Source: Bacteroidota bacterium
Lineage (GTDB): Bacteria; Bacteroidota; Bacteroidia; Chitinophagales; Chitinophagaceae
Assembly (NCBI GenBank): GCA_023391015.1
Contig: JAEWBT010000047.1
Coordinates: 8,119 to 72,118, forward strand
Length of the DNA: 64,000 nt
Reading direction: 5' to 3'
Each line of letters opens with the position of its first letter. Position 1 is the first letter of the stretch. Of the stretch, positions 1-8,917 are shown in pieces. The translations under genes and the position numbers were made by a program. The notes beneath the pieces are model-generated. The model ran no database searches, was not told where the DNA came from, and saw only the letters and a list, made by a program, of their open reading frames with translations.

Positions 1-2
1 TG

Positions 3-389
3 AAAAAGGCCGGTGCCGAGCAGGATAAAATCGCGGTTATCGGGTATTGTTTTGGCGGAACCGGCGCACTGGAAGCCGCCCGCGGACAATTGCCCGTGCA
101 AGGGGTGGTTTCTATCCACGGCGGCTTGGCAAAAGACCCAAACCGGAAGAATGGCCCACTGCCGGTAAAGATTTTGGTGGAAAATCCCGCCGAAGACCAA
201 AGCGTAACACCGGAGCAACTCCAGAAGCTGCAACAAGAGTTGAACGAAGGCAAAGCAGACTGGCAACTCATCACTTACGCGTATTCCAAACACACCTTTA
301 CCGATCCGAAATCGCCCGACTACAACCCCACCATGGCGAAACGCGCCTGGCAGCACACGCTGTTGTTTTTGCGGGAAGTATTGCAATAG
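3..389 (+). CDS. dienelactone hydrolase family protein (5' end lies outside the window)
   Basis: The frame is open from base 3. The translation contains the IAVIGYCFGGTGALEAA nucleophile-elbow Cys motif and a C-terminal region typical of the DLH fold. Confidence 0.7.
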   Translation, partial: KKAGAEQDKIAVIGYCFGGTGALEAARGQLPVQGVVSIHGGLAKDPNRKNGPLPVKILVENPAEDQSVTPEQLQKLQQELNEGKADWQLITYAYSKHTFTDPKSPDYNPTMAKRAWQHTLLFLREVLQ

Positions 390-497
390 CTTAGCTTCTG
401 GATTGTTAGAATACTAAGTCTGCTTCCCTTGTCTCAGCTCCTATGCCTGATTGGTTTTGCCATTTTCCAGAAGCACTGCATTGGACTTTAAACTAAA

Positions 498-526
498 AGC
501 CCAGCCTTTTTCAGACTGGGCTTTTC
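498..526 (+). terminator. rho-independent terminator-like hairpin
   Basis: AGCCCAG-N11-CTGGGCT stem followed by a T run. It lies between the hydrolase stop and the displaced tRNA-Pro 3' fragment. It is also the likely ancestral terminator of the convergent tRNA. Confidence 0.55.
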
Positions 527-536
527 TTTCGTTTCT

Positions 537-582
537 GTCGGGACGACTGGATTCGAACCAGCGACCCCATGCACCCCATGCA
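537..582 (-). repeat. att direct repeat: displaced copy of the tRNA-Pro 3' portion (anticodon arm to 3' end)
   Basis: GTCGGGACGACTGGATTCGAACCAGCGACCCCATGCACCCCATGCA is identical to 47261-47306. No 5' half of a tRNA follows it. Confidence 0.85.
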
Positions 583-692
583 AGGAAATTTAGGTTTTAG
601 ATATTTTGTTTTGTTTCTGTTTTTGCTGAAAATCAGCACTTTACGCAGTAGTTATTTATTTTTGTTTGCTTCTGTTTTTGGATTTTTAGCCC

Positions 693-729
693 AAATGTTG
701 TACCTATGTTGTACCCATTTTGTTGTACC
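693..729 (+). promoter_or_regulatory. candidate integrase arm-type binding sites (three TGTTGTACC repeats)
   Basis: TGTTGTACC at 697, 708 and 721. The 25-bp block AAATGTTGTACCTATGTTGTACCCA recurs at 47187-47211, just inside the other island end. Confidence 0.45.
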
Positions 730-751
730 CAAAATCTACTAGTACTCTTTT

Positions 752-1972
752 ATGTCCACCATTCAGACTATTCTGCGTACTCAGAAAACCAATAAACAAG
801 GTGAACATCCAATTTACCTGCGCATCCTTAAAGATCGCAAAGCGCGCTTTATTTCGACTGGTTTTTATGCTAGTCCTGCGCAGTGGGACAACAAGCTAAA
901 CCAGCCCAAAAGGAAGCATCCCTTCTACCACGAAATCCTGCTGACTATTGAAGCCAAAAAGAAGGAATGTCTTCATCTATTAATGCAAGCAGATAGTGAG
1001 GATACGGACCTCTCTTCTGAGCAACTTAAAGCACACCTACAGAAAAAGAAGCCCGTTAAAATGATGGTGCTGGAGTATTTCAATCAGGTATTCCAACAAC
1101 TAAAAGAGAACCAGAAATTGGGTACTGCAGAGGTGTTCAAGAATACCCGAAACGTACTCACATCGTTCCGGAATGGTGCTGATTTTTCTTTTTCTGATAT
1201 CACGCCTGCTTTCTTGGGCAAGTTTGAAGACTTCTGTATCAACAGAGGGAACAAGCTTACGACTCGCTCGGTCTATATGCGCACCTTTCAACGCTTGGTC
1301 AATATGGCCAAGGCAGAGGACATGGTCAAAAAGGACTTTGACCCTTTCAATCAGTATGGCTTCACCAAGTTTCGCAATCCAAAAACCCGAAAGCGTGCTG
1401 TGCCTAAAGAAGACATCCATAGAATACGGGAGTATGCTACAGAGCCGGGCACACAGGTATTTCACTCTCAGCAGTACTTTATGTTCAGCTACTACAACCG
1501 GGGTATCAACTTCAACGATATGGCACGGCTGAAGTGGTCGGACATTCAATATGGCAGGTTACACTACACCAGAACTAAGTCGAAGCAGCAGTACAGTATT
1601 GGGTTGCTGGAACCTGCGCAAGAAATTCTAGCTTACTACAAAGAGCATTATTATGCTGGGCAGGACAGTTACATCTTCCCGATTCTGAACCCGAATTTTC
1701 CAACAGAAGTTTCAATTCGCAACCGCATCAAAAAGGTGCTGCGTCAGGTCAATAAAGACCTGAAATCAATTGCAGAAGCGATTGGGATGGAGGAGATTAA
1801 CATCACCAGTTATGTAGCAAGACATTCATATGCAACAGCTCTTAAAAAGAGTGGTCAACCAATCGGAGTTATAAGTCAGGCACTTGGGCACACAAGCGAA
1901 AAGACGACGCAGATCTACCTAGACAGTTTTGAAAATGATGTGCTTGATGAGGCAAGTAAAGCAATTTTATAG
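752..1972 (+). CDS. int: tyrosine site-specific integrase (Bacteroidota type with N-terminal Arm DNA-binding domain)
   Basis: 406 aa. The C-terminal HSYATALKK...LGHTSEKTTQIYLD matches the HxxR...H...Y catalytic region. It is adjacent to the att repeat. Confidence 0.9.
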   Translation: MSTIQTILRTQKTNKQGEHPIYLRILKDRKARFISTGFYASPAQWDNKLNQPKRKHPFYHEILLTIEAKKKECLHLLMQADSEDTDLSSEQLKAHLQKKKPVKMMVLEYFNQVFQQLKENQKLGTAEVFKNTRNVLTSFRNGADFSFSDITPAFLGKFEDFCINRGNKLTTRSVYMRTFQRLVNMAKAEDMVKKDFDPFNQYGFTKFRNPKTRKRAVPKEDIHRIREYATEPGTQVFHSQQYFMFSYYNRGINFNDMARLKWSDIQYGRLHYTRTKSKQQYSIGLLEPAQEILAYYKEHYYAGQDSYIFPILNPNFPTEVSIRNRIKKVLRQVNKDLKSIAEAIGMEEINITSYVARHSYATALKKSGQPIGVISQALGHTSEKTTQIYLDSFENDVLDEASKAIL

Positions 1973-2073
1973 TCACCTAAAGCTTTGTATTCTTCTCGGA
2001 AAAACCATTTTAGTGTGATTTTGGGCTAAAAATGATCGTGCTAATCCTATTTTTACACCTAAACCACACGATA

Positions 2074-2289
2074 ATGTTAGTTGAGCGATTTAGTCAAAAA
2101 ATCAAAAGCCAACGGAAAAGCTTAGGAATTACCCAGCCGCACCTCGCGGAATTGGCAGGTGTAAGTGTGAACTGGTTAAGTGCTTTTGAACGCGGAAAAG
2201 CTAATCCTACATTAGTAATCTTGGAAAAAATCATCGAGGTGCTTGGCTTGGAAATTCGTCTAGAGGTCAAAAGCCCAGACTCGCTATGA
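2074..2289 (+). CDS. hipB: XRE-family HTH protein, HipB-like
   Basis: LGITQPHLAELAGVSVNWLSAFERGK helix-turn-helix motif. Its stop overlaps the start of the next gene by 4 bp. I chose the ATG at 2074 rather than the longer ORF-track start. Confidence 0.7.
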   Translation: MLVERFSQKIKSQRKSLGITQPHLAELAGVSVNWLSAFERGKANPTLVILEKIIEVLGLEIRLEVKSPDSL

Positions 2290-2618
2290 GGAAGGCCATC
2301 GTTTATCGCAATGGTATAGAAGCGGGCATTCTAACGGAGGAAAATAGACAGCGATATACTTTTCGCTATCACGATACTTATCTCGCTGATGCCACCCTTC
2401 CAGCCGTGAGCCTGACTCTCCCTAAAACAGCTTCAGAACACAGCAGTGAATACCTATTTCCGTTCTTTTTCAATATGCTAAGTGAAGGCGTGAATCGGAA
2501 GCTGCAAAGCCTGCAATGGAAGATTGACGAAGAAGATTCTTTTGGCCTGTTACTCGCTACCGCACAGTGGGACACGATTGGAGCCATAACTGTTAAGCCC
2601 ATAGAATCTGAAGCATGA
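2286..2618 (+). CDS. hipS: stand-alone HipA N-terminal-subdomain protein, HipS-like
   Basis: 110 aa with the couple_hipA-like pattern (VYRNGIEAGILTEE...LFPFFFNMLSEG...GLLLATAQWDTIGAITV). It overlaps both neighbouring genes by 4 bp. Confidence 0.7.
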   Translation: MRKAIVYRNGIEAGILTEENRQRYTFRYHDTYLADATLPAVSLTLPKTASEHSSEYLFPFFFNMLSEGVNRKLQSLQWKIDEEDSFGLLLATAQWDTIGAITVKPIESEA

Positions 2619-3621
2619 ATCCCTACGAACTTGATCGCTGTCCAGGATTACTTGCTGAAGGCTTTAGTACTTATAGTCCGCGCGTGCTGCGTCGCATGTT
2701 TGGCGGTAAGAAAGTAAGCCATATTCTTCCCTACGATCCGTCACATCAAAACGAAGAAGTAGAAGCTCTTTTTATAGAGAATCGCAAGCGGATTTCTATC
2801 TCTGGCGTACAGGAAAAGCTGAGTCTGGTTTTAGACAAAAACAAATTGCGCCTTACAGAGGTAGGGGAGCGTGGTACCTATATCCTGAAGCCGATTCCGC
2901 GTGACCTAAAAAGAGTGTCTCAGGTGCCCGCCAATGAGCATCTCACGATGCAATTAGCCACACAGGTTTACGGGATTGAAACCGCTGAGGCCGTCCTAAT
3001 ATTTTTCAAGGATGGGCACCTGCTTACCTCACTAAGCGCTTTGATGTAAAACCTGACGGACAACAAAGGGGTAAAGAGGATTTTGCTACGCTTGCAGGTA
3101 AAACGACGCAAAGTGCCGGTCCTGATTTTAAGTATGAATTCAACTACGAATCCGCTGGTAAACTGATTCAGAAATACGTTCCAGCCTGGCGGGTAGAGAT
3201 TGAAAAATATTTTGTGCTGGTGTTGTTCAATTACCTGTATGCAAATGGTGATGCGCACCTCAAAAACTTCTCCCTTCTGGAATCGGATACAGGTGATTAC
3301 CGGATAAGTCCCGCCTACGATTTGATTAATACTCGCCTTCATGTAGATGATACAGACTTTGCTTTAAACAATGGACTTTTTGAAGACAAATTCCAAAGTG
3401 AAAAGCGACAAATACGCGGTTATGCGTGTAAGGCCGATTTTGTAGAATTTGGACGTCGGCTTGGCGTTTTAGAAAGTCGGATTGAAAAGCTGATCGTTCC
3501 TTTTCTGATTAATCAATCTGCAGTTGAATCGCTTATTAGTCGCTCGTTCTTGAGCGAAGAAAGCAAGCGAGGGTACTTGCATACCTATAGAACAAGGCGG
3601 AATAGATTGATGACGAGCTAA
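2615..3621 (+). pseudogene. hipT: HipT-like kinase toxin (HipA kinase core), broken by a 1-nt frameshift at the GGG run 3014-3016
   Basis: The frame-2 ORF (RISISGVQEKLS Gly-rich loop) stops at 3049. Frame 1 continues APAYLTKRFDVKPDG...YANGDAHLKNFSLL...SPAYDLINT to 3621. The total length of 1007 nt is one base short of 336 codons. Confidence 0.75.
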
Positions 3622-3656
3622 CTTATAGAGTGGATCATTTACAGCGACGTTGCGAC

Positions 3657-4451
3657 TTAGGGCTTATTAAGCCACCATGTCACTAAAATCACTGCTATAA
3701 ATCCCAATACTCCCAGTATAATAGAAGTACTATGCCTTGATTTGCTTTTCTGAGCGGAAACAAGAAGTTCTTCAGAAAGCTTTTGTTGGGATTGCGCAAA
3801 ATCGGCTGTCAGCCCGCTCAGTGTATTGGTGATTTTTTCCTCCAGCTTTGTAACAGAAGTCTGCTGATTTTGGATTCCGATATTAATAGCGGCTACAGTA
3901 GCATCTAGCTTGTCGAGTCGCAGAGGCAGATTGATGTCTGCCAATTGGCGGACAAAAGCTTTGAGCTGATCTGCAGTTCCCTGAATGCTGCTTATCTGTG
4001 CCACTATGTTTTGACTAGCTGCATTCAGTTCCCCTGTCCTTAGGTCTATTGACTTGTTGAGGTGGTCAACTTTATCAGCGTGAATATTGCTAATACTCGT
4101 AAGATTTTCTTGGAAGCTCTTCGTGATTCCAGAAAGATTTCTTTCTAGCTCTTTTCGTGCGCTGTCCAGTTTTTCCTGTACAGTATCCAGATTGCTTAAC
4201 AATGTATCTTGCATCAAGGCTGGTACACCTTTCAACTTCTCATAGGCTCTCTCACAAATGACCTGTGATTGCGTAAGATGACCATCAAGCTTCTTGCCCG
4301 TCTCTGTAAGAAGCTTGTGATGCGAGTCTCCAATAGTGCGAACTAGTTCCGTCGCTTCTTGGGCAATTCGTGTATGCTCAATGGCTGGTTCCAGTTCTAA
4401 CAACTTGCTTTGCAGTTTAAGGAGACCTTCGGTTACGGCTTGGGAAGGCAT
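3657..4451 (-). CDS. coiled-coil protein with C-terminal transmembrane anchor, function unknown
   Basis: 264 aa. Heptad-rich and Leu/Gln/Glu-rich throughout, ending in IILGVLGFIAVILVTWWL. Its start lies 1 nt after the stop of the upstream giant gene. Confidence 0.55.
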   Translation of the reverse strand: MPSQAVTEGLLKLQSKLLELEPAIEHTRIAQEATELVRTIGDSHHKLLTETGKKLDGHLTQSQVICERAYEKLKGVPALMQDTLLSNLDTVQEKLDSARKELERNLSGITKSFQENLTSISNIHADKVDHLNKSIDLRTGELNAASQNIVAQISSIQGTADQLKAFVRQLADINLPLRLDKLDATVAAINIGIQNQQTSVTKLEEKITNTLSGLTADFAQSQQKLSEELLVSAQKSKSRHSTSIILGVLGFIAVILVTWWLNKP

Positions 4452-4452
4452 A

Positions 4453-7400
4453 TCAGGTTTTTTTTAAAAAGTGCGTGTGAAATTGCTTGAGCCAGTCGTA
4501 ATGATACTCTAGAAGCACTTCATCATCCAACGACTGAAAGATTTCAGCGACATCTACTTCTCTCACTTTCGCTTCAATCTTTTGTTGGAGGCTACTCAGA
4601 AATGAGGTGAGTTGCTCAGTGCTTACTTGGTTTTGCAGCAGGCGTACTCCTCGCTTCAGGTCCTCGATTGCGTTCTCAACTAGTAGTTGGGTGTTGGTTT
4701 CTTCGCTTTGAACAATAAGACAGTAGGCACGTAAAAAATAGGCGGCAGCAAAATTGGGGTAAGCATTAATACTTCGTTGCGCAGCTCCGCGCAGGTGTTT
4801 TAGATTGTTCTTGAAGCTGCCTGTTATGTCCGTATCTAAGAGATCGATAAATTCGTCTGCAACCACTTCCGCTTCATCGTCCCTCCGCTTCAACAAGCAA
4901 GCAGGAGTTTTCTTTCCATTTTCTAGAACGGCTTCGTTTTCCGGTCGGGCATATTTCGCATTGAAGTAGTAATACACCTCAGATTTAATCGCTTCCGACT
5001 GCTCAATGGGCTCTTTGATTTGGAGCGCGTATTCGCAAAGACGCACCACGTCGTTCATAGCAAGCTGACGTTTCTCCGCAATCTTAGCGTACACAAATTC
5101 AGTGAGACGCTCGAGACAATAGCGCATCTCCGACTGTTCACTGCTCTTGTATTTCTGCCGGTAACCGCTGACTATTTGGGCTGCGTCTTTAGCGCTGCTG
5201 TATCTGCTAATAACTCTTTCCAACTCATTGAGGTAAAAGCCTTCTTTCTTTCGTCTGCATAGAATTTCAAAGCAATTATTTTGGTAATCAATAGTATAGC
5301 TGTCTACTATACCTAGCGTGGTGAGTCGGTAAATTGCTTTCGCTGTATCCTGCCCGTTCCGAGGAAGACTATACACTTGCTGTACCTCCTTATTGGTAAA
5401 GATTTTTTCTTGCAAACCCGGAGATGAATCATTCACGAAGCCATTTACAAATTCATGAAAAGAGTGACTTGTCCTCAGTGAATGCTCTACACGAAAGTCT
5501 ATAGCATCATTTGCGTAAATGCCTTCTTCGATAAGCTTCTTAAACAGTGCACAGTCTTTGAGCTTTTGCCGCAATTCCGACGAAATAATTTTCTCTTTTG
5601 TGACTCTGTTTGTAGTGGGATAATACTTGTTTTGGAATGGAATGGTGAGGCGCACTTCTTTCTTTACAGATAGCAGGGTTTCTATGCCTCCGTAAGGCAC
5701 ATCACTTTCCACCACTGCGCCTAGTGCAAGCCAAAAGGCAACATCGTTTGCTGCTTTTACACTATCACGCAGATGATCCCGGAAATGACCAACTACAGAT
5801 TCATAACCCGCAGGCGTGTACATAGGCACAATACCATTGGGAGTGATGTTCAGATAGCCCACCTCCTCTCCGTCTATTTTGACGTAGACCTTTCTCTCCG
5901 CATTACTTGTCCGAGGATTGGCATCTATCTCTTTCAACCCATGTACAGCAGCAAATTGATTTGCCAGTAGTTGGAGTCGGCTGATTCTTGGTGGTAGAAT
6001 CCGAGTAAGAAGTTCATCCAAAATCACAGTCTCCTTTATCGCACCCTGAAACGAAAGTCGGTAGAAGAAATCTAGAATCTCGCGATCAGGCAGAAAGGCA
6101 CCGTCTGTATCTAGCTTGTAAGCGTCTGCATCACCCAAGCGGGTAAAGCGCTGTCGGTTGAAATAAACCGTTGCCAGTGCTACTTTGCCGTCGCGTGCGG
6201 CGCGGCCTGCTTCCTGAACAAACGACTCTATGCTGCCGGGAATGTTCAGGTGATACGTCCAGCGAACATCCGGCTTGTCAATGCCCATGCCGAAAGCTTT
6301 TGTGGCAAACATCAACGACGCTTTTCCAGTAATGAAAGCATCCATGTGCTTGATGGATTCGTCTTGGTGATTGACAATTCTTTCCCCCTCTCTGTCATCA
6401 CCTGCACCCATAAAATAACCTTTTGTCTCACCATTTCCGGCAACTGCTAAGAACAGATTATGCACTCCATAGTCGCCTCTGCGGTGTGGCGCGAATGCAA
6501 TACTGCCGTAGTTGTATCTACCGTCTAGCTGTTGTTGGAGTGGCACATCGGCGTCTTTCAAGAGACGGCCTATCGCTTTCGTTACATAGGCATCCAAGCC
6601 TTTCTCGCGCTCAAAATCGGGTAGGTAGTTTTCATAGGCATTAGGCAGTACTCTCTCCCGAAGCGTTGCTTCTTCCTGGTACTTCTGCAAAGAAGATTTT
6701 TTCTTGTGAACTGCACTCTCTAACAGTGACCGTTTTTCCAACGCTATCTTTCCTTGGAGTTCCTGCCTGTTGTATATCATATCTACATCCACAGGCACTG
6801 TTACTTCCTGAATGCTGAAGAATATTTCGTTGCGTACGGTGTTTTCATGACGCACGACGGCATGACCATCTTCTTTGTCTATCTCCAGTTCTCGTTCAAT
6901 GTCTGCCAGCACGTCAAACGAAGCGGTAGCTGTCAATCCAAATAGTGGTAATTCTTTCCCGTCGCAGGTTTTGCAGAATTCCCGTGCGTTGATACCCAAG
7001 TGTAGATAAGGCGTTCGAAAATCATGTCCCCATTCCGAAAGGCAGTGGACTTCGTCAATCACGCAGTGAGCAAAATGAAAGCCTGCCTCTTGCGTTTGAG
7101 CGAGGCAGTCCCGGAATTCCTGAATCACTAGCCGCTCCGGGGAGATGAACACCAACTGAGCTCTCCCCGCTGCAAGCTCTTTTTGCGCCTCTCGTTTCTC
7201 AGCAGTCGACAATACAGAGTTGATAAACAAGCTACGGGTAATACCAATGTCATTAAGGCCCCGGTGTTGGTCTAGCATAAGACTTCTAATAGGATCTACT
7301 ACTAGTGTAATCCCTGGTTGAAGCATAGCCGCAAACTGGTAAGTAAGCGACTTACCGCCGCCCGTAGGTAGCAGTCCTATCACAGACTTGCGCCGCAAGG

Positions 7401-8823
7401 CACGCGCCAGAATCGGAAGCTGTCCCTCTCGGAAGTCGGTTTTCCGGAAAAGCAGGGAAAGCAACTTTCGTAGATGGACTACGGCTGCCTCTTGTGGAAG
7501 AAAAGAGCCGTCGTTTTGCGCAACGCCAATGTTTTTGAAAAGAACCGGAAGTGCATCTTTGATGGAATCTTGCAGTCCGGGTTCTTTGTAATGGGCACTG
7601 CGGATGAGAATAAGGTTCTCTGCTGCTACGGGCGACTCAAACACGTCCAACCGTTGAAGCAAAGCCAAGTCAAAAACGGCATCATATCCTTCGTCCGTAA
7701 ACTCGGAAATGGCTTTTGCTTCGGGTTGCAGTATCAGTTTACCGAGCCAGTCATTGGTGAAGACGATTAGCTCAATCGCTGGAATGTGTGTAGGCTGTTC
7801 TGCAAGTTCATCCAGTGTATAGAGTAGTTCCTTCAACTCTTTCCAAGCCTGCTTTGCCGCTGGAATATCTTGCTCAATGACAGCTATTTTCAGCGAAGGC
7901 GTTTCAGACGGAATTGTATGTAGCCATTCTAATAAGGCGAGTTGCATCCGTGCAATCGCCGTAGGCAAGAAGGCGTGGCAATAATGCGCATGAGTCAGAG
8001 GTTTTTCCTCTTTGTACAAAGCCGCCAACTTCTGCACGTAGTCGTTCGCACTAACGCTTCTAAGGAACGCTTGCGCATCATTAGAAGCATTAAACTCCCG
8101 TATGTGGTGAATAGCTCTCCCTTCACCAGCGATAGCAAAATCTTTAAGTTCATCAATTGCTTTTTTGTGGTAGCGCTCGCCGTCCACCTCCACAACATGC
8201 TGTTCTTTGTAGCGAATGAAGTGGTCTTTTCCATAGCGGTTTACGGTACGCCATTTCAGGTAAGGAATCTCCAAGCAGAAATCCACACGGCCTTCGTTTC
8301 CGGCTGCTGCCCCCAATGTGGCGCGTGGCCGCTGTCGCGCAAAAAGTTGACGCAGATAAGCCTGTTCCTCCCTGATGTATTCTCCAATAAAGGCCCTCTC
8401 AAAGTTGCTTTCCAAGCCGGCTTTACTGATGCGTAGTTTGCTGGCTTTGCTTTGTGGAAGAATGACATGAAGGGCATTCACAACACCATTGACAAAAACA
8501 TCGGGAACTGTTCCTTCCTGCCAGTCATACCGGATAATTCCTTCTTTTGAATCATCATGTGTTGTGTATTTAAAGGTCTTTGCCAGTAATTCTTCCGTTC
8601 GTGGGCTTGCCATTGTAGGCGCACCCCGGGAAAGTATGTTGTAGGCAATGGCGAATATCCCTGCCATTGGCCTCGACGTGCTGAGGCCCTCCACATGAAA
8701 AAGGCTTAGCTGCTCCAACAGCCCTTCCACTTTCCCGGAAAAAGACGCTGACTCTTCAGCACAACGGCGAAGTAACGCTTGGCGAACTGGTTCGGAGAAG
8801 GCAGAGGCTTTAAGCTGTGGCAT
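4453..8823 (-). CDS. 1456-aa nuclease-helicase: DUF559/Vsr-like endonuclease domain + RecQ-family SF2 helicase + long C-terminal extension
   Basis: N-terminal part: ARQRP...GRVDFCLE...VVEVDGERYH (DUF559 pattern). Helicase motifs: LPTGGGKS, IDEVHCLSEWGHDFR, ATKAFGMGIDKPDVRW...QEAGRAARDG (RecQ motifs I, II, V and VI). Confidence 0.75.
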   Translation of the reverse strand: MPQLKASAFSEPVRQALLRRCAEESASFSGKVEGLLEQLSLFHVEGLSTSRPMAGIFAIAYNILSRGAPTMASPRTEELLAKTFKYTTHDDSKEGIIRYDWQEGTVPDVFVNGVVNALHVILPQSKASKLRISKAGLESNFERAFIGEYIREEQAYLRQLFARQRPRATLGAAAGNEGRVDFCLEIPYLKWRTVNRYGKDHFIRYKEQHVVEVDGERYHKKAIDELKDFAIAGEGRAIHHIREFNASNDAQAFLRSVSANDYVQKLAALYKEEKPLTHAHYCHAFLPTAIARMQLALLEWLHTIPSETPSLKIAVIEQDIPAAKQAWKELKELLYTLDELAEQPTHIPAIELIVFTNDWLGKLILQPEAKAISEFTDEGYDAVFDLALLQRLDVFESPVAAENLILIRSAHYKEPGLQDSIKDALPVLFKNIGVAQNDGSFLPQEAAVVHLRKLLSLLFRKTDFREGQLPILARALRRKSVIGLLPTGGGKSLTYQFAAMLQPGITLVVDPIRSLMLDQHRGLNDIGITRSLFINSVLSTAEKREAQKELAAGRAQLVFISPERLVIQEFRDCLAQTQEAGFHFAHCVIDEVHCLSEWGHDFRTPYLHLGINAREFCKTCDGKELPLFGLTATASFDVLADIERELEIDKEDGHAVVRHENTVRNEIFFSIQEVTVPVDVDMIYNRQELQGKIALEKRSLLESAVHKKKSSLQKYQEEATLRERVLPNAYENYLPDFEREKGLDAYVTKAIGRLLKDADVPLQQQLDGRYNYGSIAFAPHRRGDYGVHNLFLAVAGNGETKGYFMGAGDDREGERIVNHQDESIKHMDAFITGKASLMFATKAFGMGIDKPDVRWTYHLNIPGSIESFVQEAGRAARDGKVALATVYFNRQRFTRLGDADAYKLDTDGAFLPDREILDFFYRLSFQGAIKETVILDELLTRILPPRISRLQLLANQFAAVHGLKEIDANPRTSNAERKVYVKIDGEEVGYLNITPNGIVPMYTPAGYESVVGHFRDHLRDSVKAANDVAFWLALGAVVESDVPYGGIETLLSVKKEVRLTIPFQNKYYPTTNRVTKEKIISSELRQKLKDCALFKKLIEEGIYANDAIDFRVEHSLRTSHSFHEFVNGFVNDSSPGLQEKIFTNKEVQQVYSLPRNGQDTAKAIYRLTTLGIVDSYTIDYQNNCFEILCRRKKEGFYLNELERVISRYSSAKDAAQIVSGYRQKYKSSEQSEMRYCLERLTEFVYAKIAEKRQLAMNDVVRLCEYALQIKEPIEQSEAIKSEVYYYFNAKYARPENEAVLENGKKTPACLLKRRDDEAEVVADEFIDLLDTDITGSFKNNLKHLRGAAQRSINAYPNFAAAYFLRAYCLIVQSEETNTQLLVENAIEDLKRGVRLLQNQVSTEQLTSFLSSLQQKIEAKVREVDVAEIFQSLDDEVLLEYHYDWLKQFHTHFLKKT

Positions 8824-8917
8824 CTAATAGGTATAGATTAAAGTTGCTGAACGCTATGTGTAGACTGTAGAGTCAGCGCGTTCTACAAGTACTAAGATCA
8901 ACCAGATTTCCGGAGTT

